A stretch of 64,000 bases of DNA from a virus, in IMG/VR virus record IMGVR_UViG_3300008108_000033, positions 1 to 64,000 of that record; one strand, 5' to 3'. The notes beneath the pieces were generated by a model that was not told the origin of the DNA, did no database searches, and saw only the letters and a program-made list of their open reading frames with translations. Shown here in pieces: positions 49,367-56,998 of the stretch (positions within the stretch are counted from its first letter, which is position 1; each line of letters starts with the position of its first letter). The position numbers were made by a program, and so were the translations under genes.

Positions 49367-50299
49367 AAGAACAAATCTAAAGAAATTACCCTGCAAAAGT
49401 TCAGGGAAATTCAAAACAAGATATGCATTTATCGCGGCATAGGCGGTCTTGGCGACATTATTGCCATGAGAATGATATTTGAAGATTTGAAAAATCAATA
49501 TCCTGAATTCGAAATTACTTGGGCTGTGCCATTTGCTTTATTTGCCGCTGCTGAACAACATCCATTTGTTGATTCCTTGATACATCTAGATTCATATAAC
49601 AAACATGACTATTTGGAAACATATGATATAACAACTATATGCGGAAAGCAGGAGGCAATAAATAAAAAGGGGCCATGGAAAAACCGGTCTGATATTTGGG
49701 CAGAGTACTTTGGTCTTAAACTAGAAAATCACAATCTACACATGCCAAGATATCCTAATCATCATAAAAATGTATTGCAGAGGATAAAAAAGCTCGGATG
49801 GGACGGAAATAAAAAACTTGTCGCGTTTTGCCCTAGATCTGCAATCTCGCTCAAAAACATGACTTTTGAGCAAATACAAGCAGTAAAAGAAATGACTAAA
49901 GATTTCTTTTTGTTTGGACTGCATCACGCGCCACTATTAGAATTTGACAACTTAAAAATACCGGCTGTTTATAACTTTACGCTTCATGAGTGCCTAGCAT
50001 CCATAGAAATATCTGATTTTGTGATAGCAACTGATACTGGACTTATGCATGTCGCTGCTGGATATAAGAAACCTACTCTGGCAACATTTAGCTTTGTAGA
50101 CGGTGAAACATATTGTAAATACTATGAAACGGTGCAGGTTGTTCAGCTACACATGCATAATATAGAAAATTGGTGCGGGCCGTGCTACGATTATCCTAGA
50201 TGTCCACACTCAAAAATTCCGAATGTAAAACCATGTCAGACAGAAATTACTCCAAAAATGTTGCAAGAAAATTGGGCAAAATTATTAAATAGAGTATAG
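49358..50299 (+). CDS. Glycosyltransferase family 9 (heptosyltransferase-like)
   Basis: GGLGDII, HPFVD, IATDTGLMHVAAGYKKPTL, CGPC. Confidence 0.9.
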   Translation: MFFKNKSKEITLQKFREIQNKICIYRGIGGLGDIIAMRMIFEDLKNQYPEFEITWAVPFALFAAAEQHPFVDSLIHLDSYNKHDYLETYDITTICGKQEAINKKGPWKNRSDIWAEYFGLKLENHNLHMPRYPNHHKNVLQRIKKLGWDGNKKLVAFCPRSAISLKNMTFEQIQAVKEMTKDFFLFGLHHAPLLEFDNLKIPAVYNFTLHECLASIEISDFVIATDTGLMHVAAGYKKPTLATFSFVDGETYCKYYETVQVVQLHMHNIENWCGPCYDYPRCPHSKIPNVKPCQTEITPKMLQENWAKLLNRV

Positions 50300-50317
50300 T
50301 ATTTACTGTAATATCAT

Positions 50318-50557
50318 ATGGCCATACTTATTGATCCTAACAATGTGAAAGTGATTAGTCAAAATGGACAAGTCACATTAGCCCTCCAGATTGAATTAAA
50401 TATCAATCTGAATGGAAATATCACTGCGCAGGAACAATCTTCTAGCTCTAACAATTTTAAAGCTTCTTCTTCGCCAATCAAAAATGCGGCAGATGAAGAA
50501 GCTGCTTGGCTAGTACCAGATTTTAACTCCAAAGAAAAGGTAAAATTTGGGAAATGA
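50318..50557 (+). CDS. Small hypothetical protein
   Basis: 79-aa ORF upstream of the actin-like gene. Confidence 0.7.
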   Translation: MAILIDPNNVKVISQNGQVTLALQIELNINLNGNITAQEQSSSSNNFKASSSPIKNAADEEAAWLVPDFNSKEKVKFGK

Positions 50558-50604
50558 GAGGATCATACGGTAATAACAGTACAAAAAAAGAGAGAGGCAA
50601 AACT

Positions 50605-51618
50605 ATGGCAGTTTCAGTTGACGTAGGTACTTATACTTTAGTCTCTTGCAAAAGAGATGCAGATAAGAACTTTGTATTCAAAAAGGAAATCAACGCCTTT
50701 CTTGAATTACCATTAGAGAATAGATTTGTTTTCAATATGATGAAACAGGCCGGTGTGCCACTAATTGAACGTGAAAAACTAGCATACGCTCTCGGTGAAG
50801 CTGCAGTGAACATGGCGTATACTCTTCCTACTCTAGAGCTCAAAAGGCCCATGAAGGATGGTTGCGTCAATCCCAAAGAAAAAGACGCTTTTCAAATTAT
50901 GTCTATCATGCTTCACTCTTTGATAGACCCAATTTCAAGAGATGGCGAAACACTTTACTACTGCGTACCGGCTAATGCAATAAATCAGGAAACTGACGCG
51001 GATTATCATCAAAAGGTTGTTGAATCCATTTTCCGAAGCTATCAATCCGACGAAGGATATAGGGTCAATCCCAAACCAATTAATGAAGCTTTGGCTTTGG
51101 TATATGCCGAGTTGCAGAACAAGATGTTCACTGGAGTTGGTATTAGTTGCGGGGGCGGCATGGTAAACGTTTGCTACGCTATGTATGGCAACCCAATTTT
51201 TCAATTCGCAATAGTGAATAGCGGAGATTGGATCGATAAACAGGCAGCCAAAGCTACCGGCGAATCACCAACTTTTATAAACAAAGAAAAAATGAAAGTG
51301 GATTTAACAAAAGATCCTAAAACTTTAGTCGAAAGAGCAATCATTACGCAATACCGCCTAATGATAGAAAAAACAATTACCGGAATTAGAGACGGACTTG
51401 CGTCCGCAAAACAGTCCGTTAAATCAGAACACCCAGTTGACTTTGTGGTCGCTGGTGGAACAAGCATGGCCACTGGGTTCGTTGAGATTTTCACTGAAAC
51501 TTTGAAACAGGCCAACTTGAGCATCCCAGTGGGAGACGTAATCAGACCTGCAGAGCCGCTTTATAGCGTTGCAAAAGGGTGTCTGATTGCGGCTGAAGCA
51601 GCGGACGCAGGAACGTAA
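50605..51618 (+). CDS. Actin-like ATPase (MreB/ParM/FtsA superfamily)
   Basis: VDVGT, NEALA, SCGGGMVN, VVAGGTS, VAKG; start MAVSV after AGAGG. Confidence 0.85.
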   Translation: MAVSVDVGTYTLVSCKRDADKNFVFKKEINAFLELPLENRFVFNMMKQAGVPLIEREKLAYALGEAAVNMAYTLPTLELKRPMKDGCVNPKEKDAFQIMSIMLHSLIDPISRDGETLYYCVPANAINQETDADYHQKVVESIFRSYQSDEGYRVNPKPINEALALVYAELQNKMFTGVGISCGGGMVNVCYAMYGNPIFQFAIVNSGDWIDKQAAKATGESPTFINKEKMKVDLTKDPKTLVERAIITQYRLMIEKTITGIRDGLASAKQSVKSEHPVDFVVAGGTSMATGFVEIFTETLKQANLSIPVGDVIRPAEPLYSVAKGCLIAAEAADAGT

Positions 51619-51633
51619 GAAAGCGAGAATTGA

Positions 51634-52089
51634 ATGTCAAATAATAATATTCAAAGGTCGGTCCACGACTTAGGAGTGGCCGCGTTTATACTTATGCAGG
51701 CTTTTCCTTTGGCAGGCAGAAAAGACAAAACATTTATCTTTTCTGTTCCAAAAGACAAGGTTAAAGAGTTCGAGGATAATAAAACCGCATATCTTTTCAG
51801 CGAATTTCATTACTTCGATCATTGCCTTATGGGGCTCAAAAAACTAGAAGAATACCCATTTAGTATAAATTCAAACAAGTTTGTTACTGACTTAGGGGCA
51901 GCTGCCTTTTTGCTTATGCACAAATTTAAGCTTATAGGCAAGAAAGGCCGCGCATACTATTTTGAATGCAATACCAAGGAAGACGAGCAACAATTCGATG
52001 AATTAAATTTGCAATACGCGTCTTCTGTATTCCACGATTTCGATAGTAAACTCATGAGTTTGAAAAAGATTGGTGAATTCAGTAGATAA
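51634..52089 (+). CDS. Tandem DUF5659-like domain protein
   Basis: Two copies: DLGVAAFILM...LMGLKK and DLGAAAFLLM...LMSLKK. Confidence 0.7.
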   Translation: MSNNNIQRSVHDLGVAAFILMQAFPLAGRKDKTFIFSVPKDKVKEFEDNKTAYLFSEFHYFDHCLMGLKKLEEYPFSINSNKFVTDLGAAAFLLMHKFKLIGKKGRAYYFECNTKEDEQQFDELNLQYASSVFHDFDSKLMSLKKIGEFSR

Positions 52090-52121
52090 GTTAATAAATA
52101 CCTGTTGAGGTTTATCAATAA

Positions 52122-53111
52122 ATGCACAGGTCTGAAACTATTACAGAAGCAATAGGCGTATGCGCAAGTCCTAAACAATTTGCTGCTATGGTTTCTAATA
52201 TTGAAAAAATAGTTCACGACAACATAAAAAAACTAGAATTAGAACTCAAGCTTGCCAATCGCACTGTTCCAAAAAGAGGAATATTCGATAGAATGAAAAA
52301 CTGGTGGTATAACATGTTATACGGCCATTCAAACGTAAGCAATCCTTATTACAACCGTAACAAATTGGGATACTGGGGCACGCCTAGCAAAAAGAATGAG
52401 ATGACTCTGCATGAGTACACTTTGCTAAAAAAGAATGCAGACCTATTTGAGCGCTATTTTGATTCTGGCAGGATTGCACTTGATGATATGCTTGATAGTT
52501 GGACTCGCGATTTGATGAGCGATGTAAATAAATATTTACAACAATTTGCTTTAAATCATTTTAGAGAAATGCCTACTAAAATTAAAAATAGGCCAGAAAA
52601 AATAGCAGAACCAGCTGCCACAGTTGGCGAAAGACCAATTAGAAGACGAGTAAAACCTTTAAGAACAGCTGATGTACAGCCAGCGGCTACAGACCAAGAA
52701 GTACCTGACTCATCCGGCGAAGAGGCAGGCGGGTTTGAAAATATATCTGCTGATTCTCCTCAAGTAGCCGCGCCAGTAGCCGAACCAGAAATGGCAGCAG
52801 CAGTTGCCCCTCCTGTGGGAGAAGAACCAGCAGCATCTGGAACTGCTCCTCCTGTCACTGGCGATGTTAGTGGCGCTGAGGCCAGAAGGGCAAGTGCTGC
52901 CGAAAGAAGGAAATTAGAAAAAAGTAAATTCGATCCTCTGAATAATCCAGCCCACGCCGGATTAACACTCGGTGTTACAGATAAAAAGTTAAAAGAATCA
53001 TTCAAAGCGGAATTTGATAAAACAACTTTATATGAAAGAACAATAATTTGTTTAGATAAATTAAGGGAAATCAAAGACCAAACATTTTCTGCAGTTCTTC
53101 AAGGTTCTTAG
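52122..53111 (+). CDS. Hypothetical late protein with Ala/Pro/Glu-rich linker
   Basis: AATAAATA 52093-52100, SD GAGG. Confidence 0.75.
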   Translation: MHRSETITEAIGVCASPKQFAAMVSNIEKIVHDNIKKLELELKLANRTVPKRGIFDRMKNWWYNMLYGHSNVSNPYYNRNKLGYWGTPSKKNEMTLHEYTLLKKNADLFERYFDSGRIALDDMLDSWTRDLMSDVNKYLQQFALNHFREMPTKIKNRPEKIAEPAATVGERPIRRRVKPLRTADVQPAATDQEVPDSSGEEAGGFENISADSPQVAAPVAEPEMAAAVAPPVGEEPAASGTAPPVTGDVSGAEARRASAAERRKLEKSKFDPLNNPAHAGLTLGVTDKKLKESFKAEFDKTTLYERTIICLDKLREIKDQTFSAVLQGS

Positions 53112-53397
53112 GCGATTCAACTTTTTCTTCTTCAACAATTTCTTGTTTTTCTGGGTCCTCCGTTATTACTTGCTCTTCCGCTATAGAAATAATTTTATCG
53201 TGATAGATAAAATTTTTACATCCTGTTTGTATGTGTTTAAACCAAAATCCGAATTCATTTATGGCGCTAACTTTTCCCACGAAATAATCAATCATGTGTG
53301 TTTCATCAAATTTTCTATTGATGGATGGAACAATAAATGTGACAACTTTGTCTAAAAAATAATTCAAAGATTCTATCTGTTCAGCGCTAATTTTCAT
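53071..53397 (-). CDS. Hypothetical protein, possible Sm-like fold
   Basis: FVGKVSAINEFGFW...FIYHDKIISI; coupled to primase. Confidence 0.6.
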   Translation of the reverse strand: MKISAEQIESLNYFLDKVVTFIVPSINRKFDETHMIDYFVGKVSAINEFGFWFKHIQTGCKNFIYHDKIISIAEEQVITEDPEKQEIVEEEKVESPKNLEELQKMFGL

Positions 53398-54383
53398 GCT
53401 AATTCCGCCTTTTTGATATTGTGATGTAAGTAACCTAGTAAAATTTTATCATCATAGGAAGAATAAAGAGCATTCCAGTCTTTAGTAACTTCTGGAGGTC
53501 TAGCTTCCATTAAGTCAGAAGCAAATCTGTTGTATTGCATAAGGCGATTGTATGCCAAATTTCTAGCGGCATCTCCTGCTGCATCTGCGTCGAAGCAAAC
53601 AACTATTCTGTAGTTTGATAAGATTATTGATTGTTTTTCACTTATGTTCTTGCCGCCGCATGCAGCGCCTTTTAATCCACACAAATGCAAACTATATGCG
53701 TCAAACTCACCTTCGCACAAAAATACAGTATCACCATAATCTGGAAATCTTGGGAAATATATCACGTCTTCTTTGCCAACACCGATTTCTTTTTCTGGTC
53801 CTTTGTACTTTGGATGAGCATTCCCCATAAATCTTCCGTTGAAATAAACTAACTTTTTAGATGAGTTGTAATAAGGTATGATTATTCTGTTCTCATACTT
53901 GCCTGCTGTACACACGAAAAAATCGTCTGTCGGTATCTTTCTGGCTTTCAAATAATCTACAGCCCGTTCATGGTAAGATATCGGAGATTTGTTTATTTCG
54001 TATGCGTAAGGCGGAAAAGACAATATTTTTTGTTCTTTTTCGTAATCTAAATCGCTTCTAGAGTCATCGAATTGAATATCAAAGTCAGTTTCTTCCAACA
54101 AAGGCCTATCAGTCTTCTCTATTCCTAATGTTTCCATGGCTTTTGCGCGTGTACATTTATCAACCTCCATGACCAAAGATACAAGAGTGCCTTTTTTTTC
54201 TGTTTTCCAGCAATGATAAACGCCATGCTTTACGCGATTTTTACCACCACTTGGATTACACCAAAGCTTTTTTTTGCCATCTTCAGTAAAAATTGAATTT
54301 ATAAGTATTTCATTGCCTTTTGGTTCTACTGTCGGGAAACGGCTTTGTGCCCAAGCCAGAAAATTTGAATAAAGATCAGACAT
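53394..54383 (-). CDS. DNA primase (DnaG/T4 gp61-like)
   Basis: YHCW, YLKARKI, RIIIPYY...FNGR, PKY, CEGEFDA, FDADAAG (TOPRIM). Confidence 0.9.
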   Translation of the reverse strand: MSDLYSNFLAWAQSRFPTVEPKGNEILINSIFTEDGKKKLWCNPSGGKNRVKHGVYHCWKTEKKGTLVSLVMEVDKCTRAKAMETLGIEKTDRPLLEETDFDIQFDDSRSDLDYEKEQKILSFPPYAYEINKSPISYHERAVDYLKARKIPTDDFFVCTAGKYENRIIIPYYNSSKKLVYFNGRFMGNAHPKYKGPEKEIGVGKEDVIYFPRFPDYGDTVFLCEGEFDAYSLHLCGLKGAACGGKNISEKQSIILSNYRIVVCFDADAAGDAARNLAYNRLMQYNRFASDLMEARPPEVTKDWNALYSSYDDKILLGYLHHNIKKAELA

Positions 54384-54404
54384 GATATGTCCCTATAATA
54401 ATAC

Positions 54405-55172
54405 ATGCACATCGAACATCTTAGCGTTAGTCGCAGCGGTTGCTTTGACCAATGCAAACAACAGTACAAATTCAGATATCACCTAAAAGTGGTTCCGAAT
54501 CGACCTGAGCAATTATATTTTACTTACGGCAAGCTTGTCCATACAGCTGCTGAAATTTTTGTCGAGTCAAAGGGCCAAAAGCCAATACGAGAAATTGTAA
54601 GTGACTTGCTGCAAGGGAGAATTGAATTTGACGGCAGCGATAATGTCTGCCGCTTAGACGAATCATATTTCAAAAAACTTTATGAACATATTGGCTTTAT
54701 CGAAAGATTTACGCAAAAAGTCGGATTTGATGGAGAGATAGAACATGAAATCAAGTACGATCTGGACCCACCTAACAACAAAATATTTTTAGGATACATC
54801 GATAGACTTATAGTAAGAGATAATCAGGCAATAATTATTGATTACAAAACATCAAAAAATAATAAATGGAGAAAAAATAAAGTTTCAATAAAAAAAGATT
54901 TACAACTAAACGCCTACGCGCTGTATGTACATGAAAAATTCAACATCGCCCCAGAAAATATTCAAGCTGCTTTGGTTTACTTGGAAGAACCACAGGTAGT
55001 AAGCACAAATTTCAATAAACAAGGGTTGCAATTGACGAAACAAATACTTAAAAATAGTTATTATGCAATCGAGGAGTTCGATGCTTCCAAAGTCAAAGGA
55101 AACGTCGGATATCATTGCAAGAGGTGCGACTATTCAGATCAGTGCCCGTTTTTTGATGACAGCATGTTTTAG
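54405..55172 (+). CDS. PD-(D/E)xK RecB/Cas4-like nuclease
   Basis: LSVS...C, GKLVH, GYIDRL, IIDYKT, QLNAYA, CKRCDYSDQC. Confidence 0.9.
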   Translation: MHIEHLSVSRSGCFDQCKQQYKFRYHLKVVPNRPEQLYFTYGKLVHTAAEIFVESKGQKPIREIVSDLLQGRIEFDGSDNVCRLDESYFKKLYEHIGFIERFTQKVGFDGEIEHEIKYDLDPPNNKIFLGYIDRLIVRDNQAIIIDYKTSKNNKWRKNKVSIKKDLQLNAYALYVHEKFNIAPENIQAALVYLEEPQVVSTNFNKQGLQLTKQILKNSYYAIEEFDASKVKGNVGYHCKRCDYSDQCPFFDDSMF

Positions 55173-55179
55173 GTGACAC

Positions 55180-55659
55180 ATGTTAAGTAAATACAAGTTT
55201 TTCATTTACAACCATCTTATTTTCTTGAATGAAAATCAAAGGTACGATTTATTTGCATGTGTCCCAGTAACTGCCATGGGCGTAATGATGAAAGCCCAAA
55301 TTAGCCCAAGAGATTTTGAAGCTCAAAGCATTCAAGAGATTTTTTGCGATTACATTATCGATTGTAATGCTGCAGAAAATGCCATAGAAACGCGCAAAAA
55401 TAAGGTTTTAATCCATCTTCCCAATCAATCAAGCATGGATGACTTTCCAATGCCTTTTCAGCCGAAAAACTTGGAAAAATATGATTTGTACGACCTCCTT
55501 AACAGAAGTGAGGGAGGTCGCGAAGAACTTTTCTATGAAACTATAAGCGAAGATTACGACAGAAGAATTAAATCATTTCATAAAGTTGAAATTAAAGACG
55601 AAAAAAGCTTTTACGAAAGTATGGAATTCGTAAAATTTAACATGTCCCAAGTGACATAG
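55180..55659 (+). CDS. Hypothetical protein
   Basis: 159-aa ORF; SD AGGTG. Confidence 0.75.
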   Translation: MLSKYKFFIYNHLIFLNENQRYDLFACVPVTAMGVMMKAQISPRDFEAQSIQEIFCDYIIDCNAAENAIETRKNKVLIHLPNQSSMDDFPMPFQPKNLEKYDLYDLLNRSEGGREELFYETISEDYDRRIKSFHKVEIKDEKSFYESMEFVKFNMSQVT

Positions 55660-56143
55660 CAAATTTCATACTTACAACTGCTCCCGGGCTCACAGTTAAA
55701 GTTGTACCGAATGATAATGTTGAAATCAATACGCCAGAATAACCTGTGCCAACATTGCATAAAAACATATCTGTTGCTGTGTAGCTGGTGCCGGTAGCAG
55801 TAAATGATACAGTACTACTTCTTATTTTTGGCGGTGTTACTTCTGGTACGAATTCAAAATTAGTATTTTTTACTAAAGGTTGCCTAAGATATCCATTTCC
55901 CGAGGGCTCGCCAGATATATCAGCCATGGTTTGCGCGGCAGTTATGGTCGTTCTGCTGTCTAAACCAACGTAATACTCATTAGGAACACTTGTATTTTTA
56001 AACATGCAACTCAAAAACAACGTTTGACCGCCGACGTTGAAAACATTTTTTAAATTTTTGTCTTCATACAAAATTTTGCCAGTTGCTTGCTCGTATACTT
56101 TCAATTCTTCCAAAATAAGCAACCCGTTCCAAGGATTTGACAT
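55637..56143 (-). CDS. Putative tail-associated structural protein
   Basis: YYVGL...EPSGNGYLRQ...VSFTATG; CTAAATA and AAAGG upstream. Confidence 0.65.
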   Translation of the reverse strand: MSNPWNGLLILEELKVYEQATGKILYEDKNLKNVFNVGGQTLFLSCMFKNTSVPNEYYVGLDSRTTITAAQTMADISGEPSGNGYLRQPLVKNTNFEFVPEVTPPKIRSSTVSFTATGTSYTATDMFLCNVGTGYSGVLISTLSFGTTLTVSPGAVVSMKFAMSLGTC

Positions 56144-56189
56144 AATATGCCTTTCTAATATTATTTAGTTGCTTTTACATATATATTTC

Positions 56190-56621
56190 ATGCAATTCAA
56201 AGAATGGCTTCAACAAAATGAGACAGCTGGAGATAGTTGGTTCGATCCAACAGCACAGCCAATACAATGGCTTTTGCGCGCTCAAATAAATGGTGCGCCA
56301 CTACCGGGGGTCATTGATTTGGCAGATTTTCCTCCGGGAAGTATTAAAAATCCATATTTAAATGATTTACTTGCTAAATTAGCACGGTACGCCAAAAAAA
56401 AGGGAAATTACAGCCCAGATAAAATTAATTACAGATATAAAAATGAATCGGCAATACAACAAAAGTTATTGAAATATTATTTAAAGTTTAAACCCAAAAC
56501 GCCAAGACCTCCTGAATTTAAAGACGGCCCTGACACGTATACCAATGCTGGCTGGGATGCCGTTGGAGAACCGGATACGGGTCAGAGGGCCACCTTTAAA
56601 GTCCTACCTCACTACACTTAA
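56190..56621 (+). CDS. Hypothetical protein, CTS-like N-terminus MQFKEWLQQNE
   Basis: TATATA-TTTC-ATG, identical to the context at 5084. Confidence 0.8.
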   Translation: MQFKEWLQQNETAGDSWFDPTAQPIQWLLRAQINGAPLPGVIDLADFPPGSIKNPYLNDLLAKLARYAKKKGNYSPDKINYRYKNESAIQQKLLKYYLKFKPKTPRPPEFKDGPDTYTNAGWDAVGEPDTGQRATFKVLPHYT

Positions 56622-56914
56622 TCGCCTAGACTTTCATCGTCATCGTCTTCGTCGTCCCAGTCTTCGTCGGCGTCGTCGTCGTCGTCTTCCCATTCGTCGT
56701 CGTCTTCATAATCGTCTTCATCTTCGTCGTCGTCGTCTTCATCCTCATCGGGATCTTCCCATTCGTCGTCTTCTTCCTCGTCTAACTCATCTTCATCATC
56801 CTCGTCATCCATCCACTCCTCTTCCCAGTCATCATCTTCATCGTCTTCTGGGTATACAGCAGCATTGATAACGGTATCAAGATAACGATCTTCAATCGAT
56901 TCAATTATGTTCAT
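56618..56914 (-). CDS. Extremely acidic 98-aa protein
   Basis: 67 of 98 residues D/E with spaced Trp/Tyr. Confidence 0.75.
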   Translation of the reverse strand: MNIIESIEDRYLDTVINAAVYPEDDEDDDWEEEWMDDEDDEDELDEEEDDEWEDPDEDEDDDDEDEDDYEDDDEWEDDDDDADEDWDDEDDDDESLGD

Positions 56915-56920
56915 GGCTAT

Positions 56921-56941
56921 GGGGGGAAAATATTTCCCCCC
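56921..56941 (-). promoter_or_regulatory. Hairpin between SD and start codon of the acidic protein
   Basis: Minus strand AAAGGAGA-ggggggaaa-tat-tttcccccc-atagcc-ATG. Confidence 0.6.
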
Positions 56942-56998
56942 TCTCCTTTCTGCTAATTAAAGTATTATATGTAGTTTAATAAAAATTCAAAAGCAAAT

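Noticed and set aside
54405-55172. Cas4-like nuclease suggesting a CRISPR-Cas locus
   Set aside because: No repeat-spacer array or other cas genes seen; stand-alone PD-(D/E)xK nucleases next to primase are common in phages
56545-56868. Arg/His-rich protamine-like ORF
   Set aside because: Antisense shadow of the Asp/Glu codons of the acidic protein, which has the RBS
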